From Macrostomum lignano (taxonomy: Eukaryota): a DNA stretch of 49,167 nucleotides. The first letter of the stretch is position 1; each line of letters opens with the position of its first letter. The notes beneath the pieces were generated by a model that worked only from the letters and a program-made list of their open reading frames with translations, searched no databases and was not told the DNA's origin. The position numbers and the translations under genes were made by a program. Shown piece after piece: positions 17,859-29,190 of this stretch. The stretch covers positions 1 through 49,167 of the forward strand of contig NIVC01004349.1 in assembly GCA_002269645.1 (NCBI GenBank), written 5' to 3'.

Positions 17859-19738
17859 GGCATTGACTAGTACGGGCTATGGAGCAGAACAGAGTTATTG
17901 CATTTAGTCACAGCTTACTTTCTTGCTCACACTGGCGCTGGGGGATTCGAGACAGACCAGTCCAGCTTATATGCATAGAGATCCTCTGATCCTCAAAGCA
18001 ACGCAGCCCCACCCTGATTGCCCAGCCAACTAAAATTGATCCGACTTCAGAAGTCAGGGTGCTTGAAAGAGTGGACACGATCGTACAGTTTATAAAGTCT
18101 TTTCCGTTGGGACTATATGAAACAGAGGTATGGACCACCAGACTGTGGATACTGAATATCGGATAGTAGAACAATGATTGGCACACGTCTACCATTGTGC
18201 TTGTTTAATGCTGGCTAGCTATGGAAAACATGAGTAGAGTGGGAAGAAAGGCAACTCGTTGTGTGCAGTTTGAGCACATTTGTTGCTAAGTCTTCCCATG
18301 TCTTGCTAAAATTGTCTCAACTGAGCCATTGAATTCTGATTATCTGACTGGATGTGAAGGCTTTTTGTGAGGGAAAAAGCGTACACAACCCGGCCAACTG
18401 AAACTGGGCCAAGAGAGGGGGCGTGAATGCGTCCCCTCACAAAGTCGGGACTAAGGTCTTGGGACTCTGAGTTCATCTACTCGCATTTGCGCCCCGGACT
18501 CTCCCTCACATTTTTAACTTCATATTTTAGGGAAGAAGACGTTGAAATTGGTCTTCTGCTTTTCACATGATGGCTGGAACCTAATAAATTTACAGTTACT
18601 TTTCGTGTACTCGGACCCTGTAGCATAAAATCTCGTTCCCATGCTAAGGGGGTGATGCTGAGGGGGAATGATGTTGAGGGGGAATGATGCTAAAGGGAAT
18701 TCCGGTAAGGGTGTAGAGATCTCCAAACATGGTATCCTACTAGAAGTAGTAAGATAAAATTATGAACACAAATTTAAAAATAGCTATGTGTCATACTCTA
18801 TTTTAGTAATACAAGTGATGTCACGCAAACAGCGAGTGACTATGCTATTGTTCGAAAAACCTGTTCTCGACATCTCTTTTTTAGAACTTCTAAATATGGT
18901 AAATGTTAACCCGAATGTGACCCAAGTCTCACCCTTTTCTATTCAAAAACCCCACCTGTCAAATAATAAAATTCCTTTCGTGAACTCATAAAAAACCGGT
19001 TTTGAGCTCAAGGTTGTGTATAAAGCCGAAAAATTGTGTATAAATACAGACGCAAAATCCGAACTGAAATCTCAGACTCGGAGCAGCCTCCAAAGATCTT
19101 GGGCTTTGCAAGAGCAGCCAAACGAGGCTATATCTCTGAGGAAGAGAAACACCAATTGGTAAGCTTTGTTCAAGTCTTCGTTATTTTGATTATTGAGAGC
19201 GCTTGCTATTGCCGGCCGTTACTGTTCAGTCGATTTTATTGAGACTATTGAGTTTGAGGCCTCCCTTTTCCTAAGGGATTGGATATGATATGCGGACCGA
19301 TTCCGATACCCTTAGAGGATTATCGAGTTATTGATTTTGGATTATCCTAGATTAACCGATGGGAGCACACGACTTCGAATCCGTTAGTTCTAGAAGAAGA
19401 CGCCTTTTCTAGAGGACCTCGTATTGTTATAGAATTTATTTTGTTATTAGGGCGCATCGTTGATATTGATTTCTGCACTCGAGGAGTACATTGATTTCGG
19501 CACTCGAGGTAATACTGCGACGTCGATTTAATTGCTACGCTCTCACAGCTTCGGCCGATTCTAGACTTCAAGAAGACTACCCCGGGAGGAACAGCTTTTT
19601 GGAGACGAGCTCTACAGACACGCGCGACAAAGAAGAGGAGCCCACAACAGTAAGTGATCACTGATTTTGTTCCCAGGCTTAAGTGTCTGGAAGTGGGAGT
19701 TTTCGGGTGACTGATCACCACCCGATCAAACTCTTCAA

Positions 19739-20108
19739 GGGAATGATGCTGAGGGAATGATGCTGAGGGGAATGATGATGAGGGGAATGATGCTGAGGGG
19801 AATGATGCTGAGGGGAATGATGCTGAAGGGAATGATGCTGAGGGGAATGATGCTGAGGGGAATGATTTTGAGGGGGAATGATGCTAAGAGGAAATGATGC
19901 TGAGGGGAATGATGTTTAGGGGAATGATGCTGAGGGGAATGATGTTTAGGGGGGAATAATGCTAAGGAGAATGATGTTGAGGGGGAATGATGCTAAAGGG
20001 TAATGCTGCTAAGGGGAATGATGCTGAGGAGAACAATGCTGAGGAGAATGATGTTGAATTGGGGAATGATGCTAAGGGGGAATGATGCTGAGGGCGAATG
20101 ATGCTGAG
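19739..20108. repeat. ~15-bp G-rich minisatellite (ggggaatgatgctga) x ~24
   Basis: Read directly. Same unit as 1981-2081 and 18640-18710. Confidence 0.92.
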
Positions 20109-21008
20109 TAAATATTTATTCATCTAATTCTACAATTGTCTGTGCCTCCTTTTACTGGCAGAAATTCAAAGCCATTTTTTAGCCAAGGCTTTACATAAAA
20201 ATCAAAGCCAACCACCCACGACACCAGCCCAGAATGGAAGCCCAACATAGGGTGTAAGATTGATTTCTCAACCACTCTCTGAACATAAAAGGTTGCTAGT
20301 TCAGTCTCACAGTTCAAACCACAAAGCCATAAATATCATCAAATCTAGCGCCCAAATTTCCCCAGTCTGCCTTCAAAAGAACACGCACGCATTTAGGCTT
20401 CACTAGCCAGTTCATAGTCTATGGTAGGCGTGCTGAGAGAAAAGACAATAAGCCTGCAAGCCCCCCTCCTTACACAAAGGCAGAAGAGGTTTGTGCCATA
20501 GACTAAATTCTTATGGCCCCAGCCTTCTTCAGGACAAGCATATCCCATGACCAGACAAATCAAGAAGCGAACAGGCTTAGAATGGAACAGTCAGTTTATC
20601 ATAGCCAGTCGCTGTTAGACATCGGCTCTGCAAGAGCGTCTATTTAGGTAACAACTTTTGCGAGAGAATCGCACACGTACTTTGAACTGCCACTGTGGGT
20701 AAGTTTTAATTTAAGATTCTCTCTGCTACATTGTAAACTATGGTAATTTTTTAATCAATAGATCGCAGAAATCATCTGTAGCCAGGGCCTATTCAGATAT
20801 TGCGCAATCTCTGTCATTTGTGACAGAGCCTATATTTATGGAAAATAGGCAATCTTCAATAATCTATTTTTTAGCCACAAGAAGTCACTTGAAACGAAGA
20901 AATAAACGATGAATGAAAAGTTGAGTTGAGTCTAATTATTACGACACCAGCCCAGAATGGAAACCCAACATGGGGTCTAAGATTGATTTCTCAACCACTC
21001 TTTGAGCA

Positions 21009-21324
21009 TGTGTAGGGAAAATACTAATACTAAACTAAAGACTAGTTAATTTGAGTTAAATTGGAGCAGTAAATGGGGCGCAGGGCCCAAACGAGTATAT
21101 TTATATGAATAATTTAGAGGGTGGTTGACTCCAGATAATAAGGAGAGGGGGGTGGAGTGCGCGACTGAAGAGAGAGGCGAGACTGGAGAGCCAATCAGAA
21201 GGCGGCGAGGGAGACAGATAAGAATAACAAGATTGAGCTAGACAGAGAGAGAAAACAGAGTAAACAGAGACAAGTGAAGGTGAACTAAGAAATGACTAGG
21301 AAAGTCGCGACACTCCCCCCCCCC
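21009..21324 (-). mobile_element. Putative LTR with polypurine tract (copy B)
   Basis: Copy of 3645-3956. TG start at 21312, preceded by a longer G tract. Confidence 0.4.
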
Positions 21325-23694
21325 AAAAAAATGGAACATTTTTCCTCACACTCACGGCCAGCAGGGTTTCATGTTTACGAGCTACACATGAAATAGAATT
21401 AAAATGTCTGTGCGATTCGCAATCCTTGAAAAGAATCCCACCTCCTTCGTTCTGCTCGCAATCGGTCGGACTCCAGCCTGGTGTACTTGCGTTCCACTTG
21501 AGTTTCGGTAGACCAACTTTGAGCAGTTCGAGCAGAATCGACAGTAAGCCGAGCGTTCTGCTGCACATCGGTTTCGGCAGATCGACTTTGAGCAGTTCGA
21601 GCACACTAGCACCCATTCGTCAAGGGATCGAATCTGGTGCAGTGTACTCATCTGACTGCATGGCAACTAGCACCTATTGGTCAAGGGATCAAATATGAGT
21701 GGTTATCCTAGACATTAGGTTGTATGGCAACTAAGAGACTAGTAAGAGAACTAAGACTCAATAAAGGCGATAAATACAACTTTGTTAAACTACTAGTTCA
21801 TACCCTGTCTTAATGTCAAACAAATGCCTCATTAATTCATTTTAAAAACCTTTGATTGATTTGCTATGCCAATCATACTCGTCATCTATTTTTGTACAAA
21901 AATAATCCAATTTTAGAGTTGTGAATAAAAGAACACTCGCCTATTTTCAGCTTAATCAGTGCTGCACACAAATACTGTGTATGAGATACAAAGTGTGGTC
22001 CAGAGCGCAGTCTATATAATTTAAGCAACATCAAGTACTAGTAGTACTTTCTGTCGCCCTGTGCTAATACAATTGTAATTCCACCAAAACTTTTATACGA
22101 TACGATGTCTAGCAAGCTACGCTCCACGGTCTCCAGGCTCCGCCTATCTCTATCATTCCAGCCTCATCCCACGCAATTAATTTCGCATGCTGAAACTTTT
22201 CCGCCAAACAGAGCAGAAGTCTGTTTGCTAATTCAGCAAAAACATTCACCTTGTGGTGGTGACGACAGAGGAGTTTTAAATACGGAATGTGACGTCTGGC
22301 CTCCTGGTAAAGAGCAACAGAAAAGGCTCCGGCAGACTAAGGTCGCGCAGCGAACTACCACCCATTGCTTGTAGCGGCGTACATTCGACCAACACATTCG
22401 CGTTTCAGCACGCCTTGAAAACGTGCGCGACGTTTTCCTTTGCTAGCACGCTGCCATATTTTTTGCCTGCTTCTCAAACATAGTAACGCGGCAACTCTCG
22501 ATATGTTAACGTTACGTGCAAACTCGTCATTCTGACGAAATTCAACGAAAGTCAGCGTTCTGGCGACACTTTGGCTGCAACTCCTGCTGCAGTCTGCTCA
22601 CTGAATGCAACACGGTTTTCACCCGGTAGGTGAACGCACAACTGTATCACTGAAGGCCAGCGACTGCTGATGTCAAAGCCCAAGGTTATTTGGATGCCCT
22701 CATTTGGTCCTAGATATCGTGTCATTAAATGCACAGCAACCTGGTCATTTCTGCCCGCTCGCGCGGCTCCGGTGAAAGGCTACAAACAGCCATTTCGGAT
22801 CCCTTGTTCAGGTACTTTACCACGTACATGATTGCCTTCACGATAGCACAATTCTACCGCACGTTCAAGTGACACCGAAACTCTCATAATGTTGCCGGAT
22901 TACAGGGCACGAAAAACCTTTAAATGACAGTCAATCGTTCGCTTGCCATACTTAGAATGAATGGAATACCATTGCTGCTATCTGCTAACTTTAGCTAACT
23001 GTATAACTGCATGGCTAACTAATATAATATCGGAGTTACTCCTAAAACTCAACTGCTTTGGGCAACTGTCACTGGCCAGGGACTGGCCTTTGATTTCTTA
23101 ATCTTAACATCTGAACTAGCAGAAATGAGGATTAGCACTTGATTGAAAAAAAATTTCAAGAAAAAAAGGTTTACATAAAACGCAGGAAGACAGGTAATAA
23201 AATTCTCCATAGTTTGGCGGCACAATACAGCGGCAGAATTCCGCACGTCAGCGCAACGTCAGCATACCGCCATCATTAAACTATTAAAGCCGTGTACCAA
23301 AAGTAGGCTTTCTTAGTAAAATTTGACAGGTTTGGCATGGGTTCGGAGGGCAGAGTCAATCGTTTTCACGAGTAACCAAAGAAAATTCTTCTTTAAAAAT
23401 TTCATGATCGACTAGATTATTTTACTCGTAACGTTCTAATCAATGCATTTAAACAGTCTATGATTTTTAAATTAAAAAATTTAAGTTTTGGTCAAAACGA
23501 GTAAGTTCAACCGTATTTTCAAGAATTCAGAACTTTATTACAGGCAATAGCTGCATGTGTTGCAATTTTACCGGGCAGCTACAACATCCGGCACGACCAA
23601 CTGTGCATGATTAATTACCGCTCCAGTTTGAAGACGCTGGCATTAAACTTTAATTGCAAAAATCACCGAAATACTTCCTAGCTGTCGAATTCAA

Positions 23695-23701
23695 TATAAA
23701 A
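23695..23701 (+). promoter_or_regulatory. TATA box of the secreted-protein gene
   Basis: TATAAAA about 75 bp upstream of ATG 23773. Confidence 0.5.
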
Positions 23702-23772
23702 GCAAGCGTGTATCGTGATTATAGGCTAAATAGTTTCAAAATCAGTTAAAGCACTGAAATACCGATTGAGCA

Positions 23773-24141
23773 ATGAACTTCAGTTTGAAATTTCGGACTC
23801 GAGTCGTCGTGCTGCTGCTTGTGGCAGCCACAGGCGTCAGTGGCGGCAGCATCTGCTTCCCACATTACGGCACAGAGGTCGTTCCGGGCTACGAAGAAGC
23901 GCTGATCCGGGGCTTCATGAACGATTTAGGAATGAGCCCAGATGAGCCTCTCATTGCCATAGACTACAAGGAACTCGTAACCCAAATGAATATGATGTAC
24001 TGCTTGGGCGATATGGTCAAACACGACTGGGGCGACGCCGACAAGCGCGAGGTGATGCAGTGTTCGCTCTGCCCAATATTTGCACCGATGTATTCAGCAT
24101 GCAACAATCCTGACGTTTCGAGATGCTACAATACTTGGTAA
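23773..24141 (+). CDS. Small secreted cysteine-rich protein of unknown family (122 aa)
   Basis: Signal-peptide-like N-terminus (KFRTRVVVLLLVAATGVSG), 6 Cys (28, 77, 97, 100, 110, 118), a KR dibasic site, upstream TATA and AATAAA at 24300-24305. No intron needed. Confidence 0.75.
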   Translation: MNFSLKFRTRVVVLLLVAATGVSGGSICFPHYGTEVVPGYEEALIRGFMNDLGMSPDEPLIAIDYKELVTQMNMMYCLGDMVKHDWGDADKREVMQCSLCPIFAPMYSACNNPDVSRCYNTW

Positions 24142-25623
24142 TCACTGCTCATGTATTGTCTGTTGTACGTAACCACTGAAACCCAATGGCTATGCATATT
24201 CACTCAGAATCTGGGATTTTGATTAAAATACACTTTGTCTACTGAAATAACAACGGTTTCAGTCAAACTTCAAACATCTGTTATTCCATAAAATATTGTA
24301 ATAAAGTTTTTTAACCGTGTGTCATTAAAACAGAGTGAATATGACTTTGCCTGTTCATCAAATGCACCGTCACAATCTTAAGGCTTGAGGTGATGACTGA
24401 CGGGACTTTCTGAAGATGCGACATTTATAGATTTTAAGAAACGACGCAAATTAGTAATAAGTACTTTCTTACTATAATTCTTCTTTGTTCGTAGGGTTAA
24501 AGCAACGTGGTGGATAAAACATGAGCTGACCAATAAGAAAAAAAACTAATTAAATCGACATGGAAACCCCCACTTACCTTCAATAAACGAAACAAGAACT
24601 CTGTTATTCGTCTGAAACAGAAGCAGGAAGTCGGCGCCAGGCTGATTTTTTGCGAGTAGAATCAGGAGCAGATTTTCCCTGCGGAGATAAATTTTTTAAA
24701 ACCTCGATAGTCGTATCCTGCTCAATTCTATACTCAAGGCTTGTCTCGTGAAAGGTATTCAGAGCTGTAAGACGTGGGAATATGTCGGCCTCGTGGATGT
24801 ACTTATAAAGTCTGCCTTCCTGCAGGATCTTAAAAATGAGCCACAGACTCGTCCTATAATAATGAAGAAGAATTTCCTCGAATTGATGCCCCGACGTGCG
24901 CAAGCGCTTCGCGGTAGAACACAGTTCTGACGTCGTGTCAGAAGGAATTCAAGCGTCTTCAAACAGGAGCGGTAATTAATCATGCGCAGTTGGTCGTGCC
25001 GGATGTTGTAGCTGACCGGTAAAATTGCAACACCTGCAGCTATTGCCTGTAATAAAGACTGAAATCCGTCAACCATCACTGCTTTAATCAAGTCATAAAG
25101 AGGTAGCGAGTCTTTGCAATCCAGAGCAAAACTTTTAAGAGTAAAATTATCCTGAGATTATCCTGATAGCTTAACCGTTTAGAATCGGGCGAATTCGATA
25201 GATTAACTGAATCCTTTGTTGCCTGCTCGACCGCCACTGAATCTTCGCATTGTTTTAGTGAGTCCACATAGTCACACAAGTCTTTTCTACATCCAGGATT
25301 CGTTATTGAGGTTGCTGTGACAAGCACCTGTCGAATTTGTGCGTCATCCAATATTCCTAAAAGGTTCTGTCTTTCAAGAATTCTTATGATGTACTCGCGG
25401 ATACAGCCTGAGTTGGAGGGACCCAGAAGTGGCACTGACAAAAAGTAAACTGGTGTAAACTGATCTATTGGAAGCAGTCTCAACGGAAACCATTTTTTAC
25501 TTTCGTCTCGATTAGGAATACAAACACGCGAATCGACAACGCACGTCACATGAAGACGAGAAGTTGAAAGGACCATCATTGCCTTCAGTGACTGCCGGAT
25601 TATAGAATGGAATATATGGAATA

Positions 25624-27412
25624 TGGAGGGGCGTCCGGAAAGTAGTGTTACTTTTGCTTGGTGTGGACGTATGGACAGTCACACTTGCATGTGCTTGGTG
25701 TCATTTGAAAGCGGCAAGTCTCTTCTTTAAAATGACACCAATTGCAAGAGATTTGAATCTGTGCTTCAAGAGATATGGACGATTAAGTAGAGAAAGGTCA
25801 GTCATAGACTTACAGAACCTCAGAAATGTCAACAGAAAACTTTTATCACGAGCGTAATTACTCCAGAAAAAAACAAAAAACACAACAGTACAGTACAGAA
25901 GCAGGTGAAACAGATAACATGCAAATTATCACACAAGCGAACAACATTAAAATCATTCATCGGTTGGCAGACTTGCCTTCTCAACGTAGTCACCATGAGA
26001 CATGATGCACTTCTCCCATCGGTCTCGCATCTTGTCGATGGCGTTTGCATAAACATTTCTTGGTATCTGGTGCAGCAAGATCCTCCTGACCTCACTCTCC
26101 AAGTGATCACGACTGTTCTGAACTCGCCCTCGAAGCTGACGCTTTAACTCAGGGAACAAGGCAAAGTCCGCAGGTGCCAGGTCAGGAGAATATGGAGGGT
26201 GAGGAAGCAACTCAAAGTTCAGTTGGTCAATTGCTTGCATGGTCTTTGCAGCAGTATGCGGCCTCGCATTGTCGTGGTGGAGGATATGGGGTCTTTCTTT
26301 CCCCCGTCTTTTGTTGCAGATGTCTGACTTCAGTTTTGTCAGGGAGTTCACATACCGATCAGCATTGATGGTCGAGTTTGGCTCCAGGAACTCGATGGTC
26401 AGTGGGCCATTGCAATCAAAAAAGAGAGTCAGCATGACTTTGTTGCTGTGCCGGTCTCGGCGAGCTTTCGTTGGTGGATCAGATCCCCTGACGGTCCAAA
26501 CCATTGACTCCTGCTTCGTTGGAGGGTCGAAGTATGGCACCCATGTCTCGTCACCAGTTACAATCAGCTCTCGAAAGGCTTCCCATCCTCCATGTTGATT
26601 GACCAGCTCCAGGTTGTTCACACATTTCTGCTTGCGATCCAGCTTCATGACCTCAGTGAGCAATCGTGGTACCCAACGGGCACTCAGCTTGACGTGATTC
26701 ATCTTCTGCAGGCACTCGTGAACTGTGGACTTCGGGCAATCCAATCGATCGGCCATTTCGCGAATGCTCTGGCGGCAGTCTTCATCAATCAAGTCGAGAA
26801 TGCGATCCGTCAGGCTGCTGCTGTTGCGAATTGCAGGGCGTCCGGACCTTGGCATGTCGCTCACGTCAGTTCTTCCAGCCTGAAACTCACCCACCCACCT
26901 GCTTACTGTCATCTTGCTGACAGCATGGTCGCCATGAGCTGTGCAAAGTTGCCTGTGGATGTCAGCCGATTTGGTTCCGGAGCTCCAAAGTGTAAAGATG
27001 GCATGTCGCTGCCCAGTCTTTGAATGCACATCCATTTGCAGTTCACAATTGAAAATTGAATGTCAATAAACTTTGCAGGCGCAGCAGAAGCAGTTTTACA
27101 AGTCTCGTAGTTTTATGAGACAGCCCCTCTCGTTCACTGCATCACATTTGGCCATAGACAGCCCATGATTACGAAAAAATCGATAAACTCGTAAAAGTTT
27201 TCTGTTGACATTTTTGAGGTTCTGTAAGTCTATGACTGACCTTTCTCTACTTAATCGTCCATATCTCTTGAAGCACAGATTCAAATCTCTTGCAATTGGT
27301 GTCATTTTAAAGAAGAGACTTGCCGCTTTCAAATGACACCAAGCACATGCAAGTGTGACTGTCCATACGTCCACACCAAGCAAAAGTAACACTACTTTCC
27401 GGACGCCCCTCG
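25624..27412 (-). mobile_element. Mariner (DD34D) transposon with ~220-bp TIRs
   Basis: TIR 25627-25845 versus 27192-27410 has one mismatch. Right end ...ggacgcccctcg|TA is the typical mariner terminus. The left terminus is altered. Confidence 0.95.
25953..27035 (-). CDS. Mariner transposase, 360 aa, apparently intact
   Basis: N-terminal HTH region, WVPRLL, TGDETW, HHDNARPH, HPPYSPDLAPADF; 34 residues between the second and third catalytic Asp. Confidence 0.96.
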   Translation of the reverse strand: MDVHSKTGQRHAIFTLWSSGTKSADIHRQLCTAHGDHAVSKMTVSRWVGEFQAGRTDVSDMPRSGRPAIRNSSSLTDRILDLIDEDCRQSIREMADRLDCPKSTVHECLQKMNHVKLSARWVPRLLTEVMKLDRKQKCVNNLELVNQHGGWEAFRELIVTGDETWVPYFDPPTKQESMVWTVRGSDPPTKARRDRHSNKVMLTLFFDCNGPLTIEFLEPNSTINADRYVNSLTKLKSDICNKRRGKERPHILHHDNARPHTAAKTMQAIDQLNFELLPHPPYSPDLAPADFALFPELKRQLRGRVQNSRDHLESEVRRILLHQIPRNVYANAIDKMRDRWEKCIMSHGDYVEKASLPTDE

Positions 27413-28308
27413 TATATGGATTACAGATTGTATCGTCCGATTCGAATGGAAATATTGTGCGCTTTTGCTTATTCTCCGCTTCATTCTCTTCTGGGAAGAT
27501 GGCATGGTGCAAAGTGCTGGGTTGGCTGTCGGCCCCAGAACTCGTTATATAGCTTTTTGGTTTCGTCGGGAGTTCCAAGCGAGTTTCGCCGGGCCGCCTC
27601 TAGCTGATTTTTAGAGGCCGGGTCTTCCATAATGAAGATGCAACAAGAATTCTCAGCACTATCGCACCTTTCCAGCAACAATGTAGAGACAGCTTTTTTG
27701 ACATTTGACTTAGACAGTTATCAAATTCAATACCGGATTGCAAAAACGACTCAAATACGTTTGCGACTTCTATAATCGTGAAAAGAATGGCTTCAGTATA
27801 CAGCAGGCAGTAATGAAGGCAGCCAATTGAATCTCCGAGTCGCGATTGAGCGAATTAGAAGTGAAATGCTGACTGATTTCTTTAAAGTCACTTTCAGAGT
27901 AGGCGGTGCGAATCGCAATATACTTGTCAAAATCAACGTTGGATTTCTTAAGAGCGTCTTTAAGATTGCTATATAATTTTCTACTTTGTCGCAGCAATCA
28001 GCAATAAAGCCCATTGCTGTGGATTTTCCAGAATTAGAGGAGGAGAGGAGATTCTTAGTGTCTTTTTGACGTATTGTAGACATAAATTGGGCAAAATACA
28101 TTGCATTCAGCCCTGGAAGGTCAGAAACCCGCTGTAAATGACTGTAAATGGAATGAAAGCAATAAATTAAATAAATAATGTCCATAGAGAAGTCTCACTT
28201 GGCTTGAAAAAGGCAATACTGTCTGTCTATCACAAATTTGGCACATATAGGTCCTAGGCACAAAGGTGCCTTGTACTCAGAACTCTTTATTTATACTCAG
28301 AATAAAAT

Positions 28309-28644
28309 TGTCGTGTAACCTGACAGACCAACTTAATGATAGATAATATTTTACGCTAATATTTCTTCTATAACGTAAATGCTACCTATATTATTATTAT
28401 TGTCTATTACTTATACTGCCACTTTAAGTAGAGTAGTTGGTAAATTATCTGTATAATGTATTATTAATCACGTGATATCTCTAGCTCTTGTATTTATCGA
28501 TCGTGCAGTTTCTCTAGTGTACTTAAAATATCGATCATCTAGTTTTTCTTAAATAACGAAAATATAAATAAAGCAACTGTACTTTACTTTTCAACTCAAC
28601 TGGAAAACTTCAAGCCTTGGCTACACAACAACTGGCGACGAGGA
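28309..28644 (+). mobile_element. Gypsy 5' LTR (28309-28630) plus primer-binding site (28633-28644)
   Basis: Termini TGTCGTGTA...TACACAACA are inverted repeats. AATAAA near the 3' end. Followed by TGGCGACGAGGA and then gag. Confidence 0.85.
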
Positions 28645-28653
28645 TCGACTAAG

Positions 28654-29190
28654 ATGGCTCTCAACGTTAGCCCACCTGCACCATTTCTGCCAGTAAGCAA
28701 AACACCGGCGGTCCCATGGAACAGATGGCTTGACGCATTCGACTTCTACTGTCAAGCAGCCCAAATCTGGACACCCCGACCGGCAGGCGAAGAAGCCCTG
28801 ACAGATGAGGCTAGGCGACTGGCGACGGTGTGCAAGAACCATCTACTGCACCTTCTCGGCTTCGAGGGGCAGCGGATGGCAAGGGCCCAAAATGCGATTG
28901 TCGACGGTCATACCTTCTGGCAAACCCGCGATCAGCTGACGGCGGTATTTGGCGACCGACCAAATGTGATGCTGGCGCGTCATCGATTCAGGGAGCGACA
29001 GAAGCTGCCGGGCGAAGAAGCAGTCTCAACGGAAACCATTTTTACTTTCGTCTCGATTAGGAATACGAACACGCGAATTGACAACCAACGTCACATGGAG
29101 ACGAGACGAAATGCGATTGTCGACGGTCATACCTTCTGGCAAACCCGCGATCAGCTGACGATGGTATTTGGCGACCGACCAAATGTGATG
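28654..29190 (+). pseudogene. Gypsy gag N-terminus, truncated and rearranged
   Basis: PWNRWLDAF...LLHLLG...ARHRFRERQKLPGE gag signature. Breaks at ~29017 into foreign sequence, followed by a duplicate of 28890-28971. Confidence 0.85.

Larger units (their letters stand above)
17052..21401. repeat. Segmental duplication copy B (partner 1-4032)
   Basis: Direct comparison with copy A, as above. Confidence 0.95.
23533..25057. repeat. 106-bp inverted repeat pair (23533-23638 / 24952-25057)
   Basis: ctttattacaggcaatagctgca...gaagacgct is the reverse complement of agcgtcttc...tgtaataaag, with a handful of mismatches. Confidence 0.9.
24604..28185 (-). pseudogene. Fragmented long ORF of unknown family, interrupted by the mariner
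   Basis: Chain of same-strand ORF pieces on both sides of the mariner. The reading frame reconnects across the empty site (CNPYIPFYNPAVTEG). Walker-A-like LLSSSNSGKSTAMGFI near 28030. Confidence 0.35.

Noticed and set aside
21399-21666. piggyBac end (TTAA plus a Cys-rich C-terminal domain)
   Set aside because: No CCC terminus or TIR, and the Cys/His spacing does not fit.
23528-25061. The 106-bp inverted arms as true transposon TIRs
   Set aside because: No target-site duplication or recognisable terminal motif; kept only as an inverted-duplication finding.
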